NCBI GenBank assembly: GCA_050014655.1 | Contig: JBEKCX010000001.1 | Coordinates: 11,684 to 75,683, forward strand | DNA length: 64,000 nucleotides | Direction: 5' to 3' | DNA from: Terracidiphilus sp. | GTDB lineage: Bacteria; Acidobacteriota; Terriglobia; Terriglobales; Acidobacteriaceae | Notes under the pieces: generated by a model | What the model was told of the DNA's origin: nothing | Databases searched by the model: none | The model's input: only the letters and a program-made list of their open reading frames with translations | Translations under genes and position numbers: made by a program | Shown here: positions 8,645-18,643 of the stretch, one piece after another | Position numbering within the stretch: the first letter of the stretch is position 1 | Layout: each line of letters opens with the position of its first letter

Positions 8645-11341
8645 ATGGCATTGTGTGTCGTTATGCAAGAAGCAAGATCGCAGCGCAGTTTTTTGTGGAA
8701 GGCCGTCGCGTTGACGGCGCTTGGGCTGAGCTGGAATGCGCCTGCCGCCCTGGCAAAACAGGCTTCCCTCACGGCCATCGAACTCTACGATGGGCCGTCG
8801 GGTGCGGCCTATGTGCAACTTGGCGATGTGCTCATCAACGGCAAGTTCGAGATGCGCAATTGCACGCCATTCCAGGCGGCGGCCATCGACCATTCGACCT
8901 ACGGCAAGATGGAGAAGCTGGCGCTCGCGCCGGGCGGGGTTGTGGAGCGCGGCGCCGACGGCGTCCTGCACTATGTCACCAATCAAGGCACGTCCCTGTG
9001 CGTGGTGCCCGACAATGTGAAGTTCGACCACAATGCGTCTTATACCCTGTCGGAGCTGGCGGACCGGGCTGTTTTGACGGGGACTCCGGTCCCTGTCTCA
9101 GGCGTTGAGGCAGGCCCTGTGCCGCCCTTGAAGAATGGCGTGAAGCTGGTTTTTGTTGCCGCACCCGACCCGGAGCTAGCCGAGTACCTGCGCGCGCAGA
9201 GAGCCGGAGACGTTGCCGGCTGGTCGAACTATCTCGCCAAGTATGCGCTTTCGCCCCATGCCGCCGATGCCAAGCTGGCGCTGGCGTCGCTTTATCTGGC
9301 TGGCGGCGAGGCCTCACTGGATAAATACGGAAAGTCGGTGGCCGCGGGCTCGCCCTCCTATAGCGACTTGAGGGATTCCAAGGTCCAGGCCGACAATGCG
9401 AATGCCGTCAATCCCGGCCTGGACCGGACCGAGAAGCTTCTGGGAGGGATTCGCGATCAACTCACCGCCATTGCGGACAGTGGCCGCGGCGAACTGAATG
9501 CTTACCAGGATGCATTCAAGAGCCATGCTCCGGGGTATGTTCACCTGCAGAATGCCAGGAAGCTGAGCGATGTGGTGAGCGGAGTCGACGCGAGCTTTCC
9601 TGCAGGCCAGGCTCTGGCCGGCGATGTGATGCAGGCCAGCGACGCCTTCGGCAGCGTGCTGCGGTCGGCGGAGTCGGCGGTGGTGGCCAAGCACATGGAC
9701 CAGGCGCTGGAAGCCATCGCTCCGTTGCGCCCGTTCCAGGACGAAGAGCCGCGCATCGCGGTCGTCGTCAATGCGGCTTACAGTTACTATCTGCAGCTGG
9801 GCAAGCATTTCGGCGAGGCGGCGGATTGGCCGAACGCCATCAAGCAGTACGAGAAGGCGGTGGGCGCGAATGACACTTCGGAGGCGCGGGACGCGCTGGC
9901 AGAGGCGCAAAAGCAACTGGTCATCGTCGAGGACAAGGCGGCGGCCGTGAAGGCGCTGGCGACCAGCCGCGACTATGAGCAGCAGAAGGATGTGATAAAT
10001 GCCTTTGAGGTGCTGTACAACCTGCCTCCTTCGCAGCAGGCGCTGGTCTCCGCCGACATCGACAGACTGAAGGACGCCTACGTCCAAAGCGCGGTCCGGG
10101 CGGCAAAGGACCTGCAGAAGGCGCACGATCCCATCCGCGGGCTGGGAGACGAGATTGGGATGGAGAAGGCCTACGACTACCTGCAGCGCGCTTATGAACT
10201 GAGCAAGGTGGACTCCTACCAGGACACGATGGGCATTCTTGGCGACGATTTGAGCGCCTACTTTGTAGACCAGGCCAAGCGCTACCTGGACAAGCCGGCC
10301 GGATCGGGCACGGAGATGGGCTGGACCTATCTCGACGAGGCCCTGTCCTTTGAACCTTCCAACCAGACGGCGCACGACGCCAAGGTGGCGGCGGCTCCGG
10401 CTCATGCCATGCATTCGAAGATATCGATTCGCGTGCAGTTCCGCGACCAGACTTCGCAGCGCAACAGCACCGGCTTCATTCCCCAGCTGGAGGACGCGAT
10501 TATTACCGGACTGGAGGCGCCCACCATCACCGCGGTTCGATTTGGGGAAGCGACGGGCGGCGTGGAGCCGGATTTTCAACTGGCCGGAGACGTGTTGGAG
10601 CGTCAGATCGTGGAGACCTCAAATCTGGAAGCCAAGGAGTCAAAGTACCGCGCCGGGACGCATGAAGATCCCAACGAGGCGTGGAACAAGGCCAATCGGG
10701 CCTATGACGCGGCTGTGCGCCAACTGGCGACGGATCAGTCCGCGCTCCAGGGAGTGGAGGCGAAGGGCAAGAAGAAGGACATCGATGAGGTGAACGCAAG
10801 GATCGCCGCGGACCAGAAGGCAGTGGCGGACGCCCAGGCGCTGGCCGACTCGCTGCCCAAGACCATCACCATCGATGTGATTCGCCCTTACCAGTACGTT
10901 CGCAGGACCATCGATGTCAAGAACACCATCAAGCTGCAGTTTCGCATCGGCGAGACGTTGAGCGGGCAGATGGGGGATGCGGTGGTGGTGGAGAAGGAAG
11001 ACCCCAGGCAGTACGTGTTGCTGGAGGAAGTGAAGGCGGACGACACCGAGGGCGTGAAGCTGGGCGGGACCACTCCCAACACCAGCGAACTGCAGACGGC
11101 GCTGGAGAATGCGGCGCGCGATGAGCTGGTTCAAAAAGTGCGCCTGAAGGTGCAGGAGCTGCCGCGCCAGGTTTATGACGCGGGCCGGGCGAGGGAGCAG
11201 GAAGAAAACGTGGATGGCGCGGGCGAGTATTACCTGCGTTATCTGAGCTGCACCGCGGAGAATGGCTCGGCGGAGCGGCGGCACGCCAAGGAGTTTCTGG
11301 CCGAGAAGTTCAATATGCGGCCGGCGGGCGACCCGCGGTAG
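8645..11341 (+). CDS. Large exported TPR-like protein with C-terminal alpha/beta domain (possibly CsgG/LptE-like) and coiled-coil insert
   Basis: Signal peptide ending AALA|K (start 8645 or 8663); helical repeats (WSNYLAKYALSPHAADAKLAL, WPNAIKQYEKA); C-terminal ISIRVQFRD...PDFQLAGDV. Confidence 0.7.
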   Translation: MALCVVMQEARSQRSFLWKAVALTALGLSWNAPAALAKQASLTAIELYDGPSGAAYVQLGDVLINGKFEMRNCTPFQAAAIDHSTYGKMEKLALAPGGVVERGADGVLHYVTNQGTSLCVVPDNVKFDHNASYTLSELADRAVLTGTPVPVSGVEAGPVPPLKNGVKLVFVAAPDPELAEYLRAQRAGDVAGWSNYLAKYALSPHAADAKLALASLYLAGGEASLDKYGKSVAAGSPSYSDLRDSKVQADNANAVNPGLDRTEKLLGGIRDQLTAIADSGRGELNAYQDAFKSHAPGYVHLQNARKLSDVVSGVDASFPAGQALAGDVMQASDAFGSVLRSAESAVVAKHMDQALEAIAPLRPFQDEEPRIAVVVNAAYSYYLQLGKHFGEAADWPNAIKQYEKAVGANDTSEARDALAEAQKQLVIVEDKAAAVKALATSRDYEQQKDVINAFEVLYNLPPSQQALVSADIDRLKDAYVQSAVRAAKDLQKAHDPIRGLGDEIGMEKAYDYLQRAYELSKVDSYQDTMGILGDDLSAYFVDQAKRYLDKPAGSGTEMGWTYLDEALSFEPSNQTAHDAKVAAAPAHAMHSKISIRVQFRDQTSQRNSTGFIPQLEDAIITGLEAPTITAVRFGEATGGVEPDFQLAGDVLERQIVETSNLEAKESKYRAGTHEDPNEAWNKANRAYDAAVRQLATDQSALQGVEAKGKKKDIDEVNARIAADQKAVADAQALADSLPKTITIDVIRPYQYVRRTIDVKNTIKLQFRIGETLSGQMGDAVVVEKEDPRQYVLLEEVKADDTEGVKLGGTTPNTSELQTALENAARDELVQKVRLKVQELPRQVYDAGRAREQEENVDGAGEYYLRYLSCTAENGSAERRHAKEFLAEKFNMRPAGDPR

Positions 11342-11380
11342 TTTCCGGCGCGGCGAACGGGCGAGAGACGGAGCGAGAGC

Positions 11381-14056
11381 ATGGAATCCCGCAGTGAGAA
11401 GCCGGCGGACACATTGACTCAGATAGGCAAGTATGAAGTCGTTGGGGTGCTGGGGCGCGGCGGGATGGGCGTGGTCTATCGCTGCGTCGATAGCCACCTG
11501 GGCCGCGAAGTCGCCATCAAGACGCTGACCGAGGGAGTCAAGAGCGATCCCGCCATGCTGGCGCGCTTTTACGAGGAAGGCCGCAAGACGGGGAATTTCA
11601 GCCATCCGAATATCGTCACCGTCTACGAGCTTGGCGACGACAAGGGGATTCCCTACATCGTGATGGAACTGGTCGAAGGCGATCCGCTCGACAAGCTGAT
11701 CGCAGCCGAGGAGCAGCTTCCGCTGGTCGAGCGCCTGCGGATCATGGCCGATGTGTGCTCCGCGCTGGGCTATGCGCACGGCCAGAATGTGATCCATCGG
11801 GACGTGAAGCCCGCCAATATCTTTGTGCAGCCCGACGGGCGGGTCAAGCTGCTGGACTTCGGCATCGCGCGGCCGGAGGAGCGAAAGGAGCAGGACCTCA
11901 GCCTCACCCGCCGCGGCCGCATCGTCGGGACGGTTGAGTATATGGCGCCGGAACAACTGACGGGCAAGCCCCTGGACCGCCGTTCCGACATCTTTGCCGC
12001 GGGCGTGGTTCTGTATCAACTGGTCTGCGGCGAGCTTCCGTTCTCCGGCGACGAGATCGTGCTGATGCGGAGGATTCTGAATGAGCCGCACCCTCCGCTG
12101 AGCAGCAAGTGCAAGGGCTGCCCGGCCTCACTGGACGCAATTGTCGATCGGGCGCTGGCCAAGTCTCCGGCCGACCGCTACTCGACGGCCGACGAGATGG
12201 CCGCTGATCTGACCACGGTGATCGCGGAGATTCAGGAGGGGCAGGCCCAGGAGTTATTGCCCGAGGCCAAGCGGCTGATGGAGGCGCAGGACCTTCAGCG
12301 CGCTCGCGCCGCGCTGCAACAACTGCTGAAGATGCAAAGCAAGAATGCCGAGGCGCGGGAGCTGCTGGCGGAGATTCAGCGGCAACTGAGCCAGCGCCAG
12401 CGCGAGGAGAGAATCCAGCAGCTTCGGCGCCAGGCGGAGGGCCTGCTGAACGACCAGGAGTTCGATAAGAGTCTTGCGATTCTGGATGAGGGGCTGGAGC
12501 TGGATGCCGCGAATCAGGAATTGAAGGAACTGCGGCAGCGGGTTGAGAAAGGCAAGGAGAAGCAGGAGCAGGTGCGCGAGTATCTGCGCCAGGCGGACGC
12601 CGCGCGCCGGGCGGGCGACTACAAGACCGCGATCTCCGCCGCCCGTGAGGCGCTGCAACTGGATGAGTCGAACTCCAAGGGAATAGTGCTCGTAAGCCTT
12701 CTCACCAAGGAGGCAGAGGAGGCCGGGAAGCGCGCCGACGTGAAGACGCTGCTGGAGGCGGCGCGCAGGGAACTGAGCCTGCGGCGCTACAAGGAAGCGA
12801 TCGAGGTTTTGCAGAAGGCGGCGCAGGCAGACCCGGCCAACCCGGAGATTCCGATTCTGCTGGAAGACGCCAACTTCGGTCTGGAGCAGATCAAGCGCAA
12901 GGAGTTGATTGCGCGACTGGAGACCGAAGTGCTGGCGGCGGCCGGCCTTGACGAGCTGGAACGATGCGCGCGGTCGGTTCAGGAAGCGCTGGCTTCCATG
13001 CCCACGGATACGACGCTGATCCGCCTGAACGCGCAGATTGACCGGCAGATCAAGGAACAGGAGAATCGCCGCTTTGTGGAAGAGACGATTCAGGCCTGCC
13101 GCGACCTGCGCCCAAAGGAGGCTTTGAAGCTGGTCCAGGAGGCCCGGCAGCGCGTTCCAGGCGAGGAGCGGCTGCAGGGGCTGGAAAAGCTGCTCTCCGA
13201 TCGGGTCAAGCGGCAGACGGAAGAGGAGCGGCGGGAAGAAATCGTATCCCAGGCGCGCGAGGCCCTGGCCGGCGGAAAGTATGCGGATGCGGTTCGCATC
13301 CTGGAAGGTTGCCAAGCGGAAGGCATTGCCACCGATGAGATTCTTTCGCTGCTGGAGTTTGCCCGCCGCGAAGAGGAAGAGCATCGCAGCCAGGCGCTCA
13401 CGCGCAGCCGGGTTGCGCAGGCGCAGGCGCTGATCGGCGCATCGGCCTACGAGGAAGCGATCGCGTTCCTCGAAGGCGCGATGAAAGAAACCGACGACAA
13501 GGCCCTGCGCTTCGTTCACGAACAGGCTTTGGAGGGCCGCGCGTCGCTCGCGAAACAGGTTGAGGCGGAGCTGGCAAATGCGGGAAAGCTGGCGCGGGAA
13601 GGAGGCCAGGCCGAGGCCGTCGAGTTTATCGAGTCGCTGCCGCCTGCCGTCCGGCGGTCGGAGCGGGTGCGGGCGGCCGAGTCCGCGCTCAGGGAAGAGC
13701 GCCAGGGGGCGATCTTCCGCACCATCGGCAGGGCGTACTCAGAGCTTGAGACCGACCTTTCGGCAGGCGAGAGCACCATGTGCCGGGTGGCGGCTGCCCT
13801 GGGCGATTCCACGCTTGCGGGCTCGGTCGCAGAGACGTTTCGCGGAAGGATGCGCGCCTTTGCCGACCGTTCGGTCGTGGACCTGACCGGGAAGTACAAG
13901 ATTATGATGGACAGCGGCGACAGGGCAGGCGCCGCGGAGCTGGCCACGAAAGTGGCCGGAATCGTTGACTACGCCGGCCCGGAGGCCAAATCCGGCTGGG
14001 AGAGCGTCGCCCCACGGCCAAGAAAGATCAGAACGCCGGTTCGTTTGAGCAGATAA
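11381..14056 (+). CDS. Hanks-type Ser/Thr protein kinase with long C-terminal TPR-like helical repeats, no obvious TM
   Basis: LGRGGMGVVY, VAIK, HRDVKPAN, DFG, GTVEYMAPE, SDIFAAG; ~58-aa helical repeats downstream. Confidence 0.95.
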   Translation: MESRSEKPADTLTQIGKYEVVGVLGRGGMGVVYRCVDSHLGREVAIKTLTEGVKSDPAMLARFYEEGRKTGNFSHPNIVTVYELGDDKGIPYIVMELVEGDPLDKLIAAEEQLPLVERLRIMADVCSALGYAHGQNVIHRDVKPANIFVQPDGRVKLLDFGIARPEERKEQDLSLTRRGRIVGTVEYMAPEQLTGKPLDRRSDIFAAGVVLYQLVCGELPFSGDEIVLMRRILNEPHPPLSSKCKGCPASLDAIVDRALAKSPADRYSTADEMAADLTTVIAEIQEGQAQELLPEAKRLMEAQDLQRARAALQQLLKMQSKNAEARELLAEIQRQLSQRQREERIQQLRRQAEGLLNDQEFDKSLAILDEGLELDAANQELKELRQRVEKGKEKQEQVREYLRQADAARRAGDYKTAISAAREALQLDESNSKGIVLVSLLTKEAEEAGKRADVKTLLEAARRELSLRRYKEAIEVLQKAAQADPANPEIPILLEDANFGLEQIKRKELIARLETEVLAAAGLDELERCARSVQEALASMPTDTTLIRLNAQIDRQIKEQENRRFVEETIQACRDLRPKEALKLVQEARQRVPGEERLQGLEKLLSDRVKRQTEEERREEIVSQAREALAGGKYADAVRILEGCQAEGIATDEILSLLEFARREEEEHRSQALTRSRVAQAQALIGASAYEEAIAFLEGAMKETDDKALRFVHEQALEGRASLAKQVEAELANAGKLAREGGQAEAVEFIESLPPAVRRSERVRAAESALREERQGAIFRTIGRAYSELETDLSAGESTMCRVAAALGDSTLAGSVAETFRGRMRAFADRSVVDLTGKYKIMMDSGDRAGAAELATKVAGIVDYAGPEAKSGWESVAPRPRKIRTPVRLSR

Positions 14057-14152
14057 GAGCTGCGCCCGGGGTGAACGCTGCGGAGCACATCCGCGCACGG
14101 ATGCTCAACGATGCGCGATTGGCATCGGAGTCATTTCTGAGATCAACAGCGA

Positions 14153-15118
14153 TCAAGCGGGCAGGGCGAGGAGCAGGATGCAGGTGATGTTATCCACGCC
14201 GCCGCGCTGCTTGGCCATGTGGATGAGGTTGGAGCAGGCCGTTTCGAAGGTCGAGGCGGCGAGGATGGAGGCGATCCCGTCCTCGGCAAAGTAGCGGGTC
14301 AGGCCGTCGGTGGCCAGGAGAACCCCGATGCCGGGCTTGAGATCGACGGAGTAGAAGTCGGGCTGCACCTCGGTGCCCACGCCGACCGCGCGGGTAATGA
14401 CCGACTCCATGCCGCGCAGATCCGCCAGGTGGGCGTTTTCGATGGTCAGCGTGCCGTTGCGAATCAGTTCATTGATATAGGAATGATCGACGGTGAGCTG
14501 CGCGCAGCGGTTGTCCTGGAGGATGTAGGCGCGACTGTCGCCGACGTTGCCCAGTATGAGTTTGTCTTGATCGAGCGCGGCCGCCACCACGGTGGTTCCC
14601 ATGCCTTTGTTCTCCGGAATCTGCCCGCTCTCCCAAACGTCGAGATTGGCGGTATTGATGGCATGTAGCAGCCGGGTGCTGACGGGCAGGCCGGAGGCCG
14701 CCGAAGCGGCGAAGCTCTGCATGATGGCCGCCACCGTGCGCGAGCTGGCGACTTCGCCGCTGGCCATGCCTCCCATGCCGTCGCAGACGACAAAGATGCC
14801 CAGCGATTCATCGTAACCGAAGCAGTCTTCGTTATTGCTGCGCACGCAGCCAATATCGCTGAGCGCGGAGACCGCGATGCGAAAGGGAGGGGCGGCGGGA
14901 ACCGGCGGCTCGGCCGGCTCGGCTGAAAGCTCGGCAGGAGCGGCTGGACTGCTCGCAGGCTCTTCGATGGGCGCGGGTTCGGCCGATGCCTCTGCCGTCT
15001 GCGGCTCGGCCGGTTCCGGCGCAGGGTCCGGCGCGGCATCGGCTGGGGCCGCGGCTTCGGCCGACTCTCCAAGGGGTGCGCCCCACTGCGGAAGATCGTT
15101 GGTGAGTTCTTCGGTCAT
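14153..15118 (-). CDS. PP2C-family Ser/Thr phosphatase (PppA/Stp1-like) with Pro/Ala-rich N-terminal extension
   Basis: SDIGCVRSNNED, VCDGMGG, GMGTT, NVGDSRAY, LTVDHS, LATDGL, GGVDNIT. Confidence 0.95.
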   Translation of the reverse strand: MTEELTNDLPQWGAPLGESAEAAAPADAAPDPAPEPAEPQTAEASAEPAPIEEPASSPAAPAELSAEPAEPPVPAAPPFRIAVSALSDIGCVRSNNEDCFGYDESLGIFVVCDGMGGMASGEVASSRTVAAIMQSFAASAASGLPVSTRLLHAINTANLDVWESGQIPENKGMGTTVVAAALDQDKLILGNVGDSRAYILQDNRCAQLTVDHSYINELIRNGTLTIENAHLADLRGMESVITRAVGVGTEVQPDFYSVDLKPGIGVLLATDGLTRYFAEDGIASILAASTFETACSNLIHMAKQRGGVDNITCILLLALPA

Positions 15119-15205
15119 TTTCCAGCCTTGATTGTTCCCAGTGTAACCTTAACCCTCGTGCCCATCCTGCCCGCTGCGGCGATTGGCGCACAAGTATCGC
15201 TCACG

Positions 15206-18200
15206 CTAGCGAGCCACGTTTGCAACGCAGTGAAATCCTTTCATGAAATCCGGGTTCAGCAATGGCGCCCCAGGGCCCGAGGCGTCGAAGAGCACGATCT
15301 CAGGGGCTTGATTGTTGAAGCTGAAGAAGAACTTCAGGCGGTTGGGAGCGATCTGCGGCGCGGCGAAGCCAAAGTGGAAGACCGACCACAGGCCGGTCAT
15401 GACAGGCGCGGTGTTCTTCTGGGTGGCGAGGGTGATCTTGCTGGACGGTTGAGAGACCCAATGGAAGGTGGCCGACTGGCCGCTCGCAGCGATCTGCTTG
15501 CCATCGATATTGAGAACGGCATCGGCATTGCCGGGCCCCTTGACCTCGGTGAGGGTGAAGTCGAGCGAAGGCTGGTTTCCGCCGCCCGGATAGAGGCTGG
15601 ATGAGATCTTCTGGGCGTGGGTGAGGAAGCTGAGGAACGCGGGGTTGATATGGACCGTGGAGCCGGGAGCCACCACGTATTGAGAGCCCTGCAGCGCCAC
15701 CAGCGCATGGATGGATGCGGTGAACTGCGCAAAGGAGCCGGAACCGGGGGCGAAGACCTGGGCGACCTCATCGGTAGAAGCCTCGTTCGAGGACTGGGGG
15801 TCGAAGGGGAACTTGGAAAGCACGGGCGCAATCTGCGCGCAGAAGGTCTTGGCTCCGCCGCCGGCGGCGTTGGCAGGCGCCTGGGCCGCCAGGTTCTTGA
15901 TGGATTCGATGGGCGCTTCGAGGAGAGTGAAGCTGGTCTTATCCATGCTCCCGGCTGGGTCGGGAAGAAAGCCGTTGCGAAGGTTTTCCGCGGCTTGTTC
16001 GGCGGTGACGGCGGCCTGGATAACGGGCGCGGCGGCGGTGGGATCGTTGGCGTTGGCGGTATTAAGAGTAAGGTTCTTCACGGCGCCTTCAAGCCCCTGC
16101 AGGGACTGAATATAGGCCTGGTTGGAAGGAGCAATGAAGCGATTATCCGGATTGGACGGAGGAACAACGGACTGCGGCGCCTGAAAGACGGTCGATATCT
16201 CCGGCGCGGCAACGCCGGTGTTGATGGAGATGAGCGAGAAGAGTTCCAGCATGGCGGAGGTATTGGAGTCCAGCGCGCCCAGCCTGGTTCCGGCATCGGC
16301 GAACCTCTGGTAGGGACGGAACTGCGCCTTGGTCAGGTAGGTTCGCCAGTTCTGGATGTAGTCGGCAATGTACGCCGATTTCAACTGGGTAGAGAGGGCG
16401 ACGCGGTCGATAGGGGGCCCGGAGGCGGGGCCGAGAACCCATTCTTCCCCGCGGAAGTAGGGGTCGGGGTGCAGGATCGCGTCCTGCATGAAGGCGAAAC
16501 CGTCCTTGGTGAAGGCTCCCTGCACCGTATAGCCGTCGACAATTTCCTGCACCGATCCGGGGAATTTGCTGTTGAAGTTGACCCCTGGGACTTTGTGGTT
16601 GGCGGCGGCCAGCATGCTTTGGTAGACGTGCTGGAATCCCTGGAAGCCATTGAGATAGAGGCGGGCATGGGCGACGACAACGTCGTTCAGAAGACCGCCG
16701 GTCTGCGCCATGCACGAGGATGGTTCGGCAATCATGCCGGCGTAAAACGCGAACTGAGTTTGCGCCAGCTGGGCGAGGTCCGGAGCGGGAGTTGCGCTGC
16801 CGGCCCATTCGGTTGCCAGCGCGGTGGGAAGGAAGTCGAGCGTGTCCTGGGCGGAGTCGGGATTGGGGTTTGTGGCCGTGACGATGTAGGCCTTCAGCGG
16901 CCGGTAAGTCGCGCTGTAGTCGGCGTCAGGCGTTGGCACGGCCGGCACGGCGCGCAGCTTGGCGAGAATTTGCTCCTGCGTCGGAGCCAGCAGCAGGGCG
17001 CGGAATTTGTTGGAGTAAGCCTGGCAGGCAATGGGATAGAGTGCCTCGCCGCGATAAAGGCCGAAGCGATCCATGAGCGGCGGGCCGTTCTTGCGATAGC
17101 CGTCGAGTTCATCCAGGACCGCTCTAAGCCTTTCGAGGGCCTCAAGGTCGGCGGAAGAGGCAAATGCGCCGGCGGAGACGGGCGTAACCGGCGCGCCCGC
17201 CGCCGCGGCTACGCGCTGTTCGAGCGAGCGGTTGTGGAAGAAGGAGATGGTGGTCAGTAGCAGCAGAATCAGAACGACCGCGCTGACGCAGCCGAGCAGC
17301 GCGCACTTGAGAAAGCTGGTCCGGGTGCTGGCGCGGCTGGCCTCCAGGGCCGACTTGTCGGCGAGCAGAATCTGCGAGAACAGGTGAGGCAGAAAGACCC
17401 ACTGCGCAACCTTGCGCGTACCGCCTCGCCGGGACTGCGGCGCGGGCGCCTGCTGCTGCTCCATGGCGGCGAGAGAAAAGATGCGGGTGGCCCCAGCGTT
17501 GACGGAAGGAGCGGCAGCCTGCGGCTGAGCCGGGCCGATCTCGAGAACGTCCTCGACCACGTGGGCGCGCATGCCGGCGAAGAAGAAACCGCGCAGGAAC
17601 GGGTTGACGCCGATCTGGCTGGGACGGGCAACCTCGGCGAGGAAAGAGACGATGCCGGCGCGGAGCTTGCGCAGGTCGCGGGGGAACTCATAGGCGCGCG
17701 CCAGGTCCTGGAGTTCGCCGCCGCGGGAGAGAATATCGAGGCGGAACTCGGAGAGCGCGTAAAGGAGCTGGTCGAACCGCGAGCCGATCAGGGCCGTGGC
17801 TTGCTCGGTATAGAGGCCGGAGCCGGAGTCGAGGGAAGAGAGCAGCGTGCCGATGGGGAGCTTGACCTCCTCGTCCGAGAGCCGGGCGACGTAATTGGCA
17901 AAGGGAGTGACGTTGTCCAGCTTGGTGAAGAGCACATAGACGGGCAGCGAGATGCCGAGGGTCTGAGAGAGCTGGCGGAGACGCTCATTCAGGGATTGCG
18001 CCAGGGCGCGAATCTGCTCGGAGGTATTGGGAGCCAGGATGCGCTCGATGCTGACGCAGACCACCACGGAGCGGGCCGGGAGGCGGCTGTCGCCGAAGAC
18101 CGAGCCAATCCGCGCGGGCATGGTGGCCTTGACGAGTCTCGCCCACAGCGGCGGCTGGCGCAGGAGCGAGCCTCCGGCCTCGACCAGAACGAAGTTGCCG

Positions 18201-18643
18201 GCCAGCCAGACGTTGGCCAGCTGAGTGGGAACGACGAGGCCGTCCCGATAGACGTTCCCGGCAAGCAATTCGGGGTCCAGGCCGGATTGCAGCACGGTTT
18301 GCGTCTTGGCGGAGTTCTCATCGCCAATCACATAGATAAGGGGCAGGGAAGCCAGCGACTTGGCGCCCGCGCGATTGGCTTGGCGAATGCGGGCATCAGC
18401 ATCGCGGAGCAAGGTGCCCAGGTTGATGGCGTCGGGAGTGTCGGGCCCGGCTGCTCGCCCCGCGGCCTTATCCAGGCTGTGCATATACCAAAGAACGAAG
18501 ACAACGGCCAATGCGCCCAGCAGACCGAGAATGACGCAAAAGAGCACCAGTCTTGTGCCTTCAAAGTGCAGGGCAAACGCCCCCCAAATCACCAGGGCCA
18601 GATAGACGAGAAAGATCAGTATCCCGATCAGGATGCGTTTCAT
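15206..18643 (-). CDS. tssM: Type VI secretion membrane complex subunit TssM (IcmF)
   Basis: Two N-terminal TMs, LPLIYVIG..SAKT P-loop remnant, LPVYVLFTKLD, PFLRGFFF, third TM, FGLYRG, KFPFDP; overlaps tssL stop. Confidence 0.9.
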   Translation of the reverse strand: MKRILIGILIFLVYLALVIWGAFALHFEGTRLVLFCVILGLLGALAVVFVLWYMHSLDKAAGRAAGPDTPDAINLGTLLRDADARIRQANRAGAKSLASLPLIYVIGDENSAKTQTVLQSGLDPELLAGNVYRDGLVVPTQLANVWLAGNFVLVEAGGSLLRQPPLWARLVKATMPARIGSVFGDSRLPARSVVVCVSIERILAPNTSEQIRALAQSLNERLRQLSQTLGISLPVYVLFTKLDNVTPFANYVARLSDEEVKLPIGTLLSSLDSGSGLYTEQATALIGSRFDQLLYALSEFRLDILSRGGELQDLARAYEFPRDLRKLRAGIVSFLAEVARPSQIGVNPFLRGFFFAGMRAHVVEDVLEIGPAQPQAAAPSVNAGATRIFSLAAMEQQQAPAPQSRRGGTRKVAQWVFLPHLFSQILLADKSALEASRASTRTSFLKCALLGCVSAVVLILLLLTTISFFHNRSLEQRVAAAAGAPVTPVSAGAFASSADLEALERLRAVLDELDGYRKNGPPLMDRFGLYRGEALYPIACQAYSNKFRALLLAPTQEQILAKLRAVPAVPTPDADYSATYRPLKAYIVTATNPNPDSAQDTLDFLPTALATEWAGSATPAPDLAQLAQTQFAFYAGMIAEPSSCMAQTGGLLNDVVVAHARLYLNGFQGFQHVYQSMLAAANHKVPGVNFNSKFPGSVQEIVDGYTVQGAFTKDGFAFMQDAILHPDPYFRGEEWVLGPASGPPIDRVALSTQLKSAYIADYIQNWRTYLTKAQFRPYQRFADAGTRLGALDSNTSAMLELFSLISINTGVAAPEISTVFQAPQSVVPPSNPDNRFIAPSNQAYIQSLQGLEGAVKNLTLNTANANDPTAAAPVIQAAVTAEQAAENLRNGFLPDPAGSMDKTSFTLLEAPIESIKNLAAQAPANAAGGGAKTFCAQIAPVLSKFPFDPQSSNEASTDEVAQVFAPGSGSFAQFTASIHALVALQGSQYVVAPGSTVHINPAFLSFLTHAQKISSSLYPGGGNQPSLDFTLTEVKGPGNADAVLNIDGKQIAASGQSATFHWVSQPSSKITLATQKNTAPVMTGLWSVFHFGFAAPQIAPNRLKFFFSFNNQAPEIVLFDASGPGAPLLNPDFMKGFHCVANVAR

